A stretch of 32,394 bases of DNA, taken from positions 1-32,394 of IMG/VR virus record IMGVR_UViG_3300017785_007104; one strand, written 5' to 3'. The position numbers and the translations under genes are program-made. The notes under the pieces are model-generated. The model had not been told where the DNA came from and ran no database searches. It saw only the letters and a program-made list of their open reading frames with translations. This document shows positions 1 to 10,080 of this stretch, piece by piece (position 1 is the stretch's first letter; every line of letters begins with the position of its first letter). The stretch is from a virus. Its lineage: Duplodnaviria > Caudoviricetes.

Positions 1-2
1 AT

Positions 3-335
3 ATTGACGCCGGTCGTTATGTAGTTATTAGAAGTAATGAAACATATCTAGGTGGATATAATGACCGAGCAGAACCAATTGTTATGGGAACCACACTCAA
101 AAAATTCTTTTTAGAATTGTTAAAAGTTATAATGAGTACGCAACCTCTGGTGCTCGGACCAACGGGAGTAATAAATCCAGCAGTTGTTGCTAGATTGTGG
201 ATGACATATATGCGATATCTTGTTATACCTGGACCTCTTAATGCACGGTGGTCATCGGATGATAATTTTGTTGTCAAATTAAATGAAAAAACTCAATCGT
301 CTTCAGGATTACTTGGGAATGGTATTCAAATTTAA
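3..335 (+). CDS. 5'-truncated gene, probably the C-terminus of a baseplate spike/hub (gp5/gpV-like) protein
   Basis: The frame of the 84..335 ORF is open back to position 3 (IDAGRYVVIRSNETYLGGYNDRAEPIVMGTTL...). 'YLG...EPIVMGTTL' resembles the EPxVLG motif near the end of phage spike proteins. It lies upstream of gp25/gp6-like genes. Confidence 0.45.
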   Translation: MDAGRYVVIRSNETYLGGYNDRAEPIVMGTTLKKFFLELLKVIMSTQPLVLGPTGVINPAVVARLWMTYMRYLVIPGPLNARWSSDDNFVVKLNEKTQSSSGLLGNGIQI

Positions 336-341
336 TATAAC

Positions 342-1895
342 ATGTCTTTAAATAAAATCTCATCATCCGTCAATAAAATTCGTAATACTTTAAGTTTGGC
401 ACAAACTGCGGTGAGTAAAATGCCAAATTTAACGAATGCGACAAAAACAAATATTGTGGCATTAACTCGACAACAAGAATCACAAAATATACCTGTTTCT
501 AATTCATTATTGGAATTATCTGGTAAGTTGAAACGAGAAGAAGATTCAAAAAATATTACTACACAATTATCAAATTTTACACCAGAAATAATTGATAGTG
601 TTGTTCAACGACGAAGAGGAACAAACTCTAAAATTGAAGGTGAAACAACTACAAATAAAAATACTAGGTCCAAAGCAAAATCTAGAATTTTAAAAGGGGT
701 AGACCCACTGACAGCAAAAACTGCAGAATACGCGAAAGATATACTTGCACTGGGACTACAAAAAACTCAATTAATAGATCAATTAAGTAAGACAGAAGCT
801 CAGATATCCGCCCTATCATCCAAAATTCAATCGTTAACAAATATTGGTGCTTCGGCTGATAAGATCAGGCAATATCAAGATCAACTTGAAGCTTATTCTA
901 ATTCGTACGACCAACTAAAAATTAAATTAGAAAGAATTAGTGAATTATATAAGAAACGGCGTGAATTGTGGGATAACTTACGCAGAAAAAAACAAGAATT
1001 TCAAAAGAAATTTTCTGATAATTATGATAAGTTTTTAAAACTACTTAGTAAATTTAAAGAAATACCACGAAAACTTAAATTTCCAAAGTTACCAAAACTT
1101 CCAACATTCAATGTTCGTAAATCTAATTTGCGGATGAAAATTCGAGATTTGGTCGATAAAATTAAAAAACAATCGCAAAAAACATCGAAGGTTGCATTAG
1201 AGCAAGCAAGAAAAGAATCAAAAGAAAAAATTAGAGATAATAAAAATGCAGACGCCTTCCAGAAAACAATAGCAAATACCAGAAAGGCATTTTCAGAAGC
1301 AGTGGCAAGATACGATCAAGTAATAGCAGCGAAAAATGCAGCAATAGATACAGTTACTAATCAGGCATATGATCAGATTCGAAGAGTTCGTTCAGGTGTA
1401 ACTGCTGCACAACGACAAATTGAAAGCACCATAGATACCGCCGCAGCTTCTCAAAATGCCACAGTATTAAAAATACGAGAAGCGCAAAAAAAAGCAGAAC
1501 GATTACGAAATTCAACATTAACAAGTTTGAATGCAGCAAATTCTCTGGTAAATCGAGCAGCGTCGGGAATACAATCTGCGCAACAAATTTTAAATGGACA
1601 ATTAGTTGGTAGTGATATAAAAAGTTCTGCTGTGGTAGATAATATGACTGTCGCAGAAAAAACGAAAACAGACGAATTAAATGTGAGTATAACGCAGTTT
1701 TTAAACTCAAATAATATAAAAAATTTTATAGTTGGTATTGGGAAGGGGGCCACATTGACAACCGCCAGACAAATGTCGTTGTCAATAGATAAATTTACAC
1801 AACAATATCCTAATACTAAATATGATATTTTAAGTAGAATTGGAAATGTTGACGGGGTGTACATATTAGTAACAGTGACATACCAAAAAGTATAA
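342..1895 (+). CDS. Hypothetical 517-aa basic, coiled-coil-rich protein (baseplate region)
   Basis: Long ORF rich in K/Q/A with heptad-like stretches and a KFPKLPKLP segment. No catalytic motif recognised. Confidence 0.75.
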   Translation: MSLNKISSSVNKIRNTLSLAQTAVSKMPNLTNATKTNIVALTRQQESQNIPVSNSLLELSGKLKREEDSKNITTQLSNFTPEIIDSVVQRRRGTNSKIEGETTTNKNTRSKAKSRILKGVDPLTAKTAEYAKDILALGLQKTQLIDQLSKTEAQISALSSKIQSLTNIGASADKIRQYQDQLEAYSNSYDQLKIKLERISELYKKRRELWDNLRRKKQEFQKKFSDNYDKFLKLLSKFKEIPRKLKFPKLPKLPTFNVRKSNLRMKIRDLVDKIKKQSQKTSKVALEQARKESKEKIRDNKNADAFQKTIANTRKAFSEAVARYDQVIAAKNAAIDTVTNQAYDQIRRVRSGVTAAQRQIESTIDTAAASQNATVLKIREAQKKAERLRNSTLTSLNAANSLVNRAASGIQSAQQILNGQLVGSDIKSSAVVDNMTVAEKTKTDELNVSITQFLNSNNIKNFIVGIGKGATLTTARQMSLSIDKFTQQYPNTKYDILSRIGNVDGVYILVTVTYQKV

Positions 1896-1972
1896 TATAA
1901 TTGTTTAATTTCACATTAGTTTGATATTTAAATAAAGGGTCTAAAAGGTTATAATTTTTTAAGGAGATACGA

Positions 1973-2335
1973 ATGGACAAAGCATTATTTCGAGCATATG
2001 TAAAAGAATTGGTAAAGGAACAAATGGACGAATCGGTGGAAAAAACTGTTCGGAAGTTACTTCCTGCTATACTGGACGAAGCTATAGCAGAAATTAAAGG
2101 TACCCAACGAATTGTAGAATCTGCTCCTACCAAAAAATCTTCTATTGACCGTTCAAAATTAGCAGCTATGATGGGATTGGAACGAATGGGTGACACGTTA
2201 TCGGCAAGTACGGACAGAATGATCATGCCAGACAATACCACGGTAGATATTAACAATCCCAATGTAAAACCCGCCGTGGACGCTATTAATCGTGATTACA
2301 GCCAACTCATGAAAAAAATGGGGCTTGGTAATTAA
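1973..2335 (+). CDS. Hypothetical phage protein (120 aa)
   Basis: AAGGAG Shine-Dalgarno at 1961-1966. C-terminal AINRDYSQLMKKMG. Directly precedes the gp25-like gene. Confidence 0.85.
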   Translation: MDKALFRAYVKELVKEQMDESVEKTVRKLLPAILDEAIAEIKGTQRIVESAPTKKSSIDRSKLAAMMGLERMGDTLSASTDRMIMPDNTTVDINNPNVKPAVDAINRDYSQLMKKMGLGN

Positions 2336-2338
2336 TAT

Positions 2339-2776
2339 ATGTCAAAAACAGTATATTTGGGATCTCCGTTACCATTACAACGATCTTCTCGTGGGTATTT
2401 TGCAACCACAGCGGATGCGTTGGAAAACGAAAAGTCAAAATTTATTAATTTGATGTTAACTATGAAAGGAGAACGAGTAGGTAATCCTGGATTTGGTTGT
2501 GATCTCCCAAAATTACTGTTTGAACAAAAAACCACGGAAGTTCAAGAGTTAGCACAGCAGTATGTGCTTAATGCCGTAAACCAGTGGATGCCGTATTTAA
2601 GATTACGACAAGTACAAATATTAAACGAAGAAACATTTTTGAATGATAATAGTATTTTATTGTATGTCCAATACGGGTTTGTAAATAATCCTTTGGCGGT
2701 ACAATCTGTACAATTAAGAATTGGTGAAGTTGCGCAAGGAAGCTTGATCAGTTCTGGAAGATTAACTACAATTTGA
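2339..2776 (+). CDS. Baseplate wedge subunit, T4 gp25/GPW-like
   Basis: NLMLTMKGERVGNPGFGCDLPKLLFE and 'AVNQWMPYL' match the gp25 pattern (L.T..GER...P.FG..L..LLFE ... I..WEP). Confidence 0.92.
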   Translation: MSKTVYLGSPLPLQRSSRGYFATTADALENEKSKFINLMLTMKGERVGNPGFGCDLPKLLFEQKTTEVQELAQQYVLNAVNQWMPYLRLRQVQILNEETFLNDNSILLYVQYGFVNNPLAVQSVQLRIGEVAQGSLISSGRLTTI

Positions 2777-2784
2777 GATAAAGT

Positions 2785-4743
2785 ATGTCATTAAACAATG
2801 GTGTGGTTAGAAAATTACAGAATGTTACATCCAAAGAAGTAAAATATCTAAATAAAAATTTTAGAGATTTTAAAGCTGATTTGATAACATTTACAAAACA
2901 ATATTATCCTTCAACATGGACAGATTTTAACGAATCAAATCCAGGAATGATAATGTTAGAACTTGCTGCATATGTTGGTGATGTATTATCTTTTTATATT
3001 GACAATCAATTTAAAGAAAATTTATTAGCATACGCAGAAGAAGAAAAAAATATTATTAATATTGCACAAGCGTTTGGATATAAACCAAAGACAATAATTC
3101 CGGCGGTTACCGAAGTATTGATATCACAAATTGTACCCGCAAAAGGTCCTGATGATGGATTTGTTCCTGACTCAACATATATGTTACGAATTGATAGAAA
3201 TTCTACATTCTCAACAACAGGTGAAAATATTGTTTCGTTTCGAAGCTTGGAATTTGTAGATTTCGCAGATTCAACAAATCGATCTATACAACCATATCAA
3301 ATTAGTGATGACACATTACAAATTACTACATATCTTATAACAAAAACTGTAAAAGTAATGGCTGGACAATTGCGTACGCAATCGTTTTCTTTCGGAGATC
3401 CTTCGAAATTTTCTACAATTGTTCTGGGTGATAATAATGTAAATTCTGTGTCGAAAGTTTTAGATTCCGAAGGGAATCTGTGGTACGAAGTAGAATATCT
3501 CGCACAAGATACTATTATTGATGATAAAGAAGTCGTATATACTAACAGCGAATCGGAATCAACGAATCCATCGTATACAATAAAATTTAGAACGGTCCCT
3601 CGTAGATTTGTTACCAGACTAAACAACGAAAAACAATTACAAATATTATTTGGGTCTGGGCAAGGTAATATATCGGAAGATATTGTTTCTTTGGATGCGC
3701 GACAAGTAGCAAACGAAGATTATACAACTAATTTAGCAAGTGTATCGCTGGATAATACAGATTTTTTAAACACAGATAGTTTTGGATTATCACCTGCAAA
3801 CACAACATTAACAATTGAATACTCGGTTGGTGGCGGAATTGAAACGAACGTTGCATCGGGTACTATAACAGAAGTTGGCGTATTAAACATAGTAAACGAC
3901 ACAACGGAATTTAATTCAGACGAATTGGCATTATTTAATGATATCAAATCTACCGTATCAGTGTTTAACGCAATGCCAGCAACGGGTGGATTGGATGGTG
4001 AAACTGTAGAGGAAATTCGTCAACGAGCACTATCGTTTTTAAATGCACAGAATCGTGTTGTTACTCGTGAAGATTACGAAAGTCGTGTATTAGCAATGCC
4101 AGCTAAATTTGGAGCTGTAGCAAAGGTATTTGCCGTATCTGATAATCAACAAAATAAGATTCAAGCATTACCACCAAATATTAATTTACAAGATCAAGAT
4201 TTAGATACTAACCGTGTATATGTTGAAGATAATCCAAAACCTAACGCTATTAACTTGTATATGTTGGGATACAATCAAAGTGGTAAATTAACCACATTGA
4301 ATTCTTTGGTAAAGAAAAATGTACAATCATATTTATCAAAATATAGAATGTTAACCGATCAAGTAAATATCTTAGATTCATTTATAGTGAATATTGGAGT
4401 ATCATTCGACATAACAGTATATAAAGGATATAATTTACAAGATGTATTAGCTATATGTTTGGACGAGATTCGTGCATATTTCAATGTTCGTAAATGGCAA
4501 ATTAATCAACCAATTAAACTATCAGATCTTCGGGTATTGGTTGTTGCACAAGAAGGAGTGCAGAGTGTGAATAATTTGGAAATTACAAATAAATATTTTT
4601 TCAAAGATGGACGAGATTATCAAAATTATCGTTACGATATAGCAGAGGCAATTGTCGATGATGTATTATATCCATCATTGGATCCATGTATATTCGAGAT
4701 ACGATACCCAGAAACAGATATAGTGGGGACGGCAAGACAATGA
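2785..4743 (+). CDS. Baseplate wedge protein, T4 gp6 / baseplate J-like
   Basis: WTDFNESNPGMIMLELAAYVGDVLSFYID, AQAFGYKP, and GGLDGETVEEIR...AQNRVVTREDYE are hallmark gp6/gpJ motifs. Follows the gp25-like gene. Confidence 0.92.
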   Translation: MSLNNGVVRKLQNVTSKEVKYLNKNFRDFKADLITFTKQYYPSTWTDFNESNPGMIMLELAAYVGDVLSFYIDNQFKENLLAYAEEEKNIINIAQAFGYKPKTIIPAVTEVLISQIVPAKGPDDGFVPDSTYMLRIDRNSTFSTTGENIVSFRSLEFVDFADSTNRSIQPYQISDDTLQITTYLITKTVKVMAGQLRTQSFSFGDPSKFSTIVLGDNNVNSVSKVLDSEGNLWYEVEYLAQDTIIDDKEVVYTNSESESTNPSYTIKFRTVPRRFVTRLNNEKQLQILFGSGQGNISEDIVSLDARQVANEDYTTNLASVSLDNTDFLNTDSFGLSPANTTLTIEYSVGGGIETNVASGTITEVGVLNIVNDTTEFNSDELALFNDIKSTVSVFNAMPATGGLDGETVEEIRQRALSFLNAQNRVVTREDYESRVLAMPAKFGAVAKVFAVSDNQQNKIQALPPNINLQDQDLDTNRVYVEDNPKPNAINLYMLGYNQSGKLTTLNSLVKKNVQSYLSKYRMLTDQVNILDSFIVNIGVSFDITVYKGYNLQDVLAICLDEIRAYFNVRKWQINQPIKLSDLRVLVVAQEGVQSVNNLEITNKYFFKDGRDYQNYRYDIAEAIVDDVLYPSLDPCIFEIRYPETDIVGTARQ

Positions 4744-5771
4744 GAATAATACTAACATCGTCCGCAGATACAACTTTGTATCAACGATTTCCTACTAATA
4801 ACGCTGGATTGGATGAAATATTAGAAGTAGGTAAAGTGACTGCTCCTGAAGATTTGGGAATAGCATATACGGGTAGTTCTGCTCGTACATTAATAAACTT
4901 CACACTACCCGCAAGCGGATCAACACCAGCAACTGCGTCATATTTTTTAAATCTTAAAATAGCAAATGCAGAAAAGTTACCAATTAACCAACAAATATTA
5001 GTCTATCGAGTGTCATCATCGTGGACAGAAGGATCGGGATATTTTGTACAACAAACACAGAACGCCGGTGACGGTGCAACGTGGAGACAATCCACCGCTG
5101 CCGTATCGTGGAGTGTGGATGGGGGTCCGATAGTTACTACCCCATCACAAAGTATAACATTGAGTGAGTATCCATTACAAGATTTGCGTATTGATGTCTC
5201 ATCTATTATGCAACCGGTTGTGTCGCAATCATTAAATTGGTATGGATTGGCACTACGAGTCCCACCGGCAAGTGAAAGTAATCAAACCAACGCAGGGAAC
5301 ATTAAGTTCTTTTCTCGTCAAACGCATACCGTACATGCACCTACATTAGAAATATTGTGGAACAGTGCAGTATTTACTACTGGATCGTTGAAACCAATTC
5401 CCAACACATCGGATATTATGGTTATTCCGCGTAACGCAGCAGAAACTTATATTAAGGGAACGAAGCAGAAAGTACGATTTGTGGTTCGTGACAAGTACCC
5501 CCAAAAGAATTTTGACGCAACACTTCGATATAAAAACAAGTATTATTTACCACAAACTTCGTATGTTAGTGTTGTGGACTACCAGGCAGGAACTTCGATA
5601 GTTCCATTTGATAATGGATCAAAAATAGAATGTGATGCAACGGGTTCGTATTTTGTACTGGACACCACACCATTATACAAAAATAGATACTATAAAATTT
5701 CTTTAAATATAAACAATGGAGATGAAGATAATTTCATTCTTCCGGAATTGTTTACTTTTATTGTAAAGTAA
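4740..5771 (+). CDS. Virion protein with DNRLRE/CBM96-like beta-sandwich domain
   Basis: ATG at 4740 overlaps the upstream TGA (ATGA coupling), so it is preferred over 4686. Motifs ADTTLY, ARTLINF, VYRVSSSWTEG, ATW, WYGLAL, FFSRQT..PTLEILW. Confidence 0.7.
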   Translation: MRIILTSSADTTLYQRFPTNNAGLDEILEVGKVTAPEDLGIAYTGSSARTLINFTLPASGSTPATASYFLNLKIANAEKLPINQQILVYRVSSSWTEGSGYFVQQTQNAGDGATWRQSTAAVSWSVDGGPIVTTPSQSITLSEYPLQDLRIDVSSIMQPVVSQSLNWYGLALRVPPASESNQTNAGNIKFFSRQTHTVHAPTLEILWNSAVFTTGSLKPIPNTSDIMVIPRNAAETYIKGTKQKVRFVVRDKYPQKNFDATLRYKNKYYLPQTSYVSVVDYQAGTSIVPFDNGSKIECDATGSYFVLDTTPLYKNRYYKISLNINNGDEDNFILPELFTFIVK

Positions 5772-5803
5772 TAATAAACTTACTGCAACGGAAGTAACAT
5801 AAT

Positions 5804-7240
5804 ATGGCAGATGTTCGTTACATAGAGAAAACATATATAGAAACACCAGATTTTCAAAGTCCACAAGAAGACCTTACACTTCGTATAAAATTAACGGATG
5901 GTGAAGAGGTATTGTTTACTGCTGAAAAGGAATTTTATACACCACGTAGAATCGCAACAAACAAATCTGCTGTATTAGAATTGGACAATGTGATGGAATA
6001 TACACCAAATAAAATTGCAATAATAAAGATGCAAAATGGACAAACTGATTTAAATAAACCACAATATTATATAAATTCAATTGTTCGAGATGTATATAAA
6101 CAATATACACTGGATAACTTCTTTACAGAATTGGACGATGAACTGGCGGTACCTGATTTTATCGGAACACTATCGGAACAACGACAATTGGCATTGAATG
6201 CATTACTTAATTTGGAAGATTTGGCAGCTGCAGCAGCTATTGGTGATTCTGAAGCAGCAAATGAAGCAGCTGCGGAAATTGATGAAAACTTCTCAGAATT
6301 AGCCGGATTTGATGCAATTCGTCGAGTATCACCAAGTGAAATAACCACACCAGAAGAAGAAGATCAATTAGCTGCATTGGATTTCGTGGGATTGACGAAC
6401 GGACCAGGTTCAATTCCTGGTGGATATGTAGGATCCACCACGGATGCTAGACCTTCTGTATCACAAGAAACTTCGCAACAAAACGCGGAAGTTAATGTAA
6501 TCAGAACAGGACCAGGACCAAATGATTTTGTCACTGTAGATGCGGGAACTGGAAGTGAAATATCACCAGATAGCGCATTTTCTGACGAAGCTGGATTGTT
6601 TGCATCGGCAGATACTTCCGACGATATCATTGATCCTATACCAAGTGTTCAAGAAAATGCTTTGATAAAAATGGGAACGGGAGTTCCAAGCATTGCGGGT
6701 GTAATACCTGGAATAGACACAGTTAATAGTGCTATCAATACTTTAAATATTGGTATTCAACAGATTGAAGATACAATGCAGGGTACGGGTGGAACTAATA
6801 GTCAAGGACAACAAGAAATGATAACGGTAGCACCAGGCAAAAAAGCATATACATCATCTGGTGGTGAGTATACGGGTGTAACACCGGAACGAAAAATACC
6901 TCGTTCGTCAGTAGATAAACGATTGGCCGATGTTAAAGACGATATCACCAAACAAGAAAACACACCATACACAGTATTAGAAACTTTAAGTGGTGTACCT
7001 ACATTGATAAAAATACAAAAATCTACATTGTTTAATAAGTTAATTGGAAAGTTATCTCTGGCAGGAAGATTAGCGGCATTATCAAAAACTGTCAGATCAC
7101 CGAAAGTACTAACAAATATCAAAGGAACCTCCGCAGAAATACAGATACCCGCGGGATATAAACCCATGCCAAGAGAAAATGTATTATCGGTGTTATATAA
7201 AATGAAAGATGAGTTGGAAAAAACATTGTCGCAGGAATAG
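5804..7240 (+). CDS. Hypothetical acidic protein (478 aa), probably structural
   Basis: Long ORF within the tail/baseplate cluster, with low-complexity Ala/Gly/acidic segments. Confidence 0.75.
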   Translation: MADVRYIEKTYIETPDFQSPQEDLTLRIKLTDGEEVLFTAEKEFYTPRRIATNKSAVLELDNVMEYTPNKIAIIKMQNGQTDLNKPQYYINSIVRDVYKQYTLDNFFTELDDELAVPDFIGTLSEQRQLALNALLNLEDLAAAAAIGDSEAANEAAAEIDENFSELAGFDAIRRVSPSEITTPEEEDQLAALDFVGLTNGPGSIPGGYVGSTTDARPSVSQETSQQNAEVNVIRTGPGPNDFVTVDAGTGSEISPDSAFSDEAGLFASADTSDDIIDPIPSVQENALIKMGTGVPSIAGVIPGIDTVNSAINTLNIGIQQIEDTMQGTGGTNSQGQQEMITVAPGKKAYTSSGGEYTGVTPERKIPRSSVDKRLADVKDDITKQENTPYTVLETLSGVPTLIKIQKSTLFNKLIGKLSLAGRLAALSKTVRSPKVLTNIKGTSAEIQIPAGYKPMPRENVLSVLYKMKDELEKTLSQE

Positions 7241-7243
7241 TAT

Positions 7244-8122
7244 ATGCCAAAACAACCAAACTATGTTCAATTAATTCCGACCAAACCACAATCATTTCCC
7301 ATTTCACGATTAGCGGAATCAGAAAATGATATTGAAATTCTTACTGGCAGATTACCTGCGGAGTTTGGGTTTGATATTGATGATAATTTGGAATTACATT
7401 TTTATGATACACAAAATAATTTAATTAATACAACTATTGTATCATTAAATTCTGGTATAATTTCTATTCGTTCACTGCTATTACCCGATGGAACTCGGGA
7501 AGAAAAAGTGGTTTTGGACATGACACGAATACAAACTGAACTGGGAATATTCCTTTCACCAGGAACATATACCTTAGTCATCAATTTGTTTTCTGATGAA
7601 ATTGGTACCTATGGAAATAGAAAACTATCGATTGAAGAAATTTCCGATTCCAGAACTGAATTACGACTTGGATTCAATGTAGCATTTACATCGACCGAAC
7701 AACAAGAATTATTTGAATTTATAGAACCTGGGTTACCACGAATTTTGGCCGGTGGTGCTATGAGTGCTATTATGGGATTGAACGAGGGGGATGTTGTTAG
7801 TAATGAACAATTCGAACCTGTACAAAGTGACGAATTTATTTTAAATGTAAATGATAACTTAAATCAAATTATTCCCGATTTACAAACACAATTGATTGCT
7901 GTAGAGCGAGAACTTCCGGATGAATTAAATCAAACGATAGAAATTGCTAGTGCGGCCATATATGATGAATTTATGCAGTTGGTAGTCGCAACAAAAGAAA
8001 GCAATATATTTGATAGATTACAAGCAAGTGAACTAGATATATTAGTAGAACGAGCTGTAGATAATGCGTTTTTAAATAATAATCTTGGACTGTTGGTTCA
8101 AGGTAAAATTCAATTGATTTGA
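7244..8122 (+). CDS. Hypothetical structural protein (292 aa)
   Basis: AGGA SD upstream and a 3-nt gap after the previous gene. Contains LELHFYD...GTYTLVINLF...IEEISDSRTELRL. Confidence 0.8.
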   Translation: MPKQPNYVQLIPTKPQSFPISRLAESENDIEILTGRLPAEFGFDIDDNLELHFYDTQNNLINTTIVSLNSGIISIRSLLLPDGTREEKVVLDMTRIQTELGIFLSPGTYTLVINLFSDEIGTYGNRKLSIEEISDSRTELRLGFNVAFTSTEQQELFEFIEPGLPRILAGGAMSAIMGLNEGDVVSNEQFEPVQSDEFILNVNDNLNQIIPDLQTQLIAVERELPDELNQTIEIASAAIYDEFMQLVVATKESNIFDRLQASELDILVERAVDNAFLNNNLGLLVQGKIQLI

Positions 8123-8130
8123 GGTAAAGT

Positions 8131-10068
8131 ATGGCAAATGCTGCTGATTATTTGACATTTTCAACACAACAAGTTGTTGCAAACTATAAATTGCGTGACC
8201 GTGCTATATCGAGTCAAGACGTAACGGTCACTAATATATCCACTGTGTTCAGAATTACAGTATTGGTTGAAGATACCTTTGATGGTTCTATATTAACACC
8301 AAATCAATTGACACTCGAACCACAAGAAAGTAAAACATTTACGATATCATATGATTTAAATGTAATGGAATCGTTGCCCGCAGGAATAATTCCCGCAACA
8401 ATTAATTTTATAGCAACGGCAGAACCTATTATTATACCACCACTACCACCACTTCCACCACCGCCACCACCGTCGCCACCACTACCTGTTATTTATCGTG
8501 GATGTACGGATACAACTGCTTTTAATTATAATAATTTAGCTACGGTGGATGATGGTTCGTGCATCGCAAAGATATATGGTTGCACAAACTCCAATGCAAT
8601 AAATTACAACCCGTCCGCAAATATAAACACGCAATGTGAATTTCCTCCCGTTCAAGAGGTAATTCCAATTGTCGGATGTACAAATAGAACCGCATTAAAC
8701 TATAATTCCCAAGCTACGCAAGATGATGGAAGTTGTATACAAAGCATTCCTGGATGTCAAGATTCTACTGCGTTAAATTATAATCCCAATGCAAACACAT
8801 CCGCAGATTGTACTTATGCATTACCGATAGAAGGATGTACAGACAGAAACGCGGTAAATTATAATCCAATTGCAACAATTTCTAAAAATGACACATGCTC
8901 GTACATAACAACAGCAACGAATGATATATTTGGTTGTTTGGATCCCAACTCAAAAAACTATAATCCAAATGCAACCAAACCCGCGTTACCTGATATTTGC
9001 GAACCGCATGACGTATACGGATGTCAAAATTCTAATGCATGTAATTATAATCCGAATGCAACCATAGATGATGGACGATGTACATTTCCTGATAGATTTG
9101 GAAACTGCGGACCCGTACTTGGGTGTACGGATGGTAAAGCCGCAAATTATAATCCACAAGCAACCGAAAATGATGGAACATGCCGATATATCAATGGTCA
9201 AGTACTGGGATGTACAAATTTAAATGCAATAAATTATTTTGAATTAGCGACGGTGGATGATGGTACATGTCTGTTTAACAAATCTGGATGTACAAATATC
9301 ACAGCAACAAACTACGACCCAGCAGCAACGCAAGATAATGGTTCTTGTAAATTTATAGGTTGCAAAAATTCGTCAGCTACAAATTATAATGCGTCTTCTG
9401 ATATTGTTGCATGTCCAAATGATGTATGTTGTAATTTTGGATGCACCAATGAAACTGTGTGTACAACAATTGGACAAATATATTCGGTTGGTCCGGCAGA
9501 TAGTAGAGGATTTGCAGCTGTATGTCGATATATACAAAATTATTTAACTAATACACCTGATTATGGAAATCTGGTTGTTGGTGAATGTAAAACTGGATGT
9601 ACAACATCGTGTGTATCTGAATTTGTTGGAAAAACAGATGTGTACGGGTGTACAGACCCAAGAATGTCCAATTATAATCCAGATGCAACAAAAGATGATG
9701 GTAGTTGTGTATCTATAAAAGGATGTACTTCTAGCACAGCGGTTAATTATAATCCTCGTGCAATGGAAAATGATGGAAGTTGTGTAGAATCTATATCTGG
9801 GTGTATGGATCCGCAAGCAAAAAATTATAATCCACAAGCAACAATTAATGATGTAACATGTATTTATGATACACTCGGATGTACCGATTTCGTAGCATTG
9901 AATTATAATCCATCGGCAACCATAAATGATGGTAGTTGTTCATACTATACAAGTGGTGGCGGCGGTGGTGGTACTGGGCGTGGAACCACCGAATTAGACA
10001 TAGTAAATATGAATGTAGGTGGTAATACCGTGGAATCGGGTGGTGTAGTAACATCAAATCAAATATAA
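8131..10068 (+). CDS. Cys-rich repeat protein: Ig-like N-terminal domain, poly-Pro linker, 15 GCxDxxAxNYNPxAxxDDGSC repeats, Gly-rich tail
   Basis: GAGGT SD. Repeats counted directly in the translation. N-terminal VTVTNIS...LTPNQLTLEPQESKTFTISY is Ig-like. Confidence 0.88.
   Translation: MANAADYLTFSTQQVVANYKLRDRAISSQDVTVTNISTVFRITVLVEDTFDGSILTPNQLTLEPQESKTFTISYDLNVMESLPAGIIPATINFIATAEPIIIPPLPPLPPPPPPSPPLPVIYRGCTDTTAFNYNNLATVDDGSCIAKIYGCTNSNAINYNPSANINTQCEFPPVQEVIPIVGCTNRTALNYNSQATQDDGSCIQSIPGCQDSTALNYNPNANTSADCTYALPIEGCTDRNAVNYNPIATISKNDTCSYITTATNDIFGCLDPNSKNYNPNATKPALPDICEPHDVYGCQNSNACNYNPNATIDDGRCTFPDRFGNCGPVLGCTDGKAANYNPQATENDGTCRYINGQVLGCTNLNAINYFELATVDDGTCLFNKSGCTNITATNYDPAATQDNGSCKFIGCKNSSATNYNASSDIVACPNDVCCNFGCTNETVCTTIGQIYSVGPADSRGFAAVCRYIQNYLTNTPDYGNLVVGECKTGCTTSCVSEFVGKTDVYGCTDPRMSNYNPDATKDDGSCVSIKGCTSSTAVNYNPRAMENDGSCVESISGCMDPQAKNYNPQATINDVTCIYDTLGCTDFVALNYNPSATINDGSCSYYTSGGGGGGTGRGTTELDIVNMNVGGNTVESGGVVTSNQI
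8500..9939 (+). repeat. Protein-level tandem repeat array (15 units of about 24-34 aa, interrupted by one Cys-rich insert)
   Basis: Recurrent GGATGTAC...AATTATAATCC...GATGGT/GATGGA at DNA level with divergent spacers. Confidence 0.9.
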
Positions 10069-10080
10069 GCAAGGAATTAT

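Noticed and set aside
4686-4739. Longer N-terminus for the DNRLRE-like gene
   Set aside because: It overlaps the gp6-like gene by over 50 nt. ATGA coupling at 4740 is more plausible.
8500-9939. Possible CRISPR array or DGR repeats (recurrent AATTATAATCC)
   Set aside because: Units are degenerate at synonymous positions, keep frame and encode a protein repeat. There are no identical direct repeats, no adenine-specific TR/VR pair, and no cas or RT gene.
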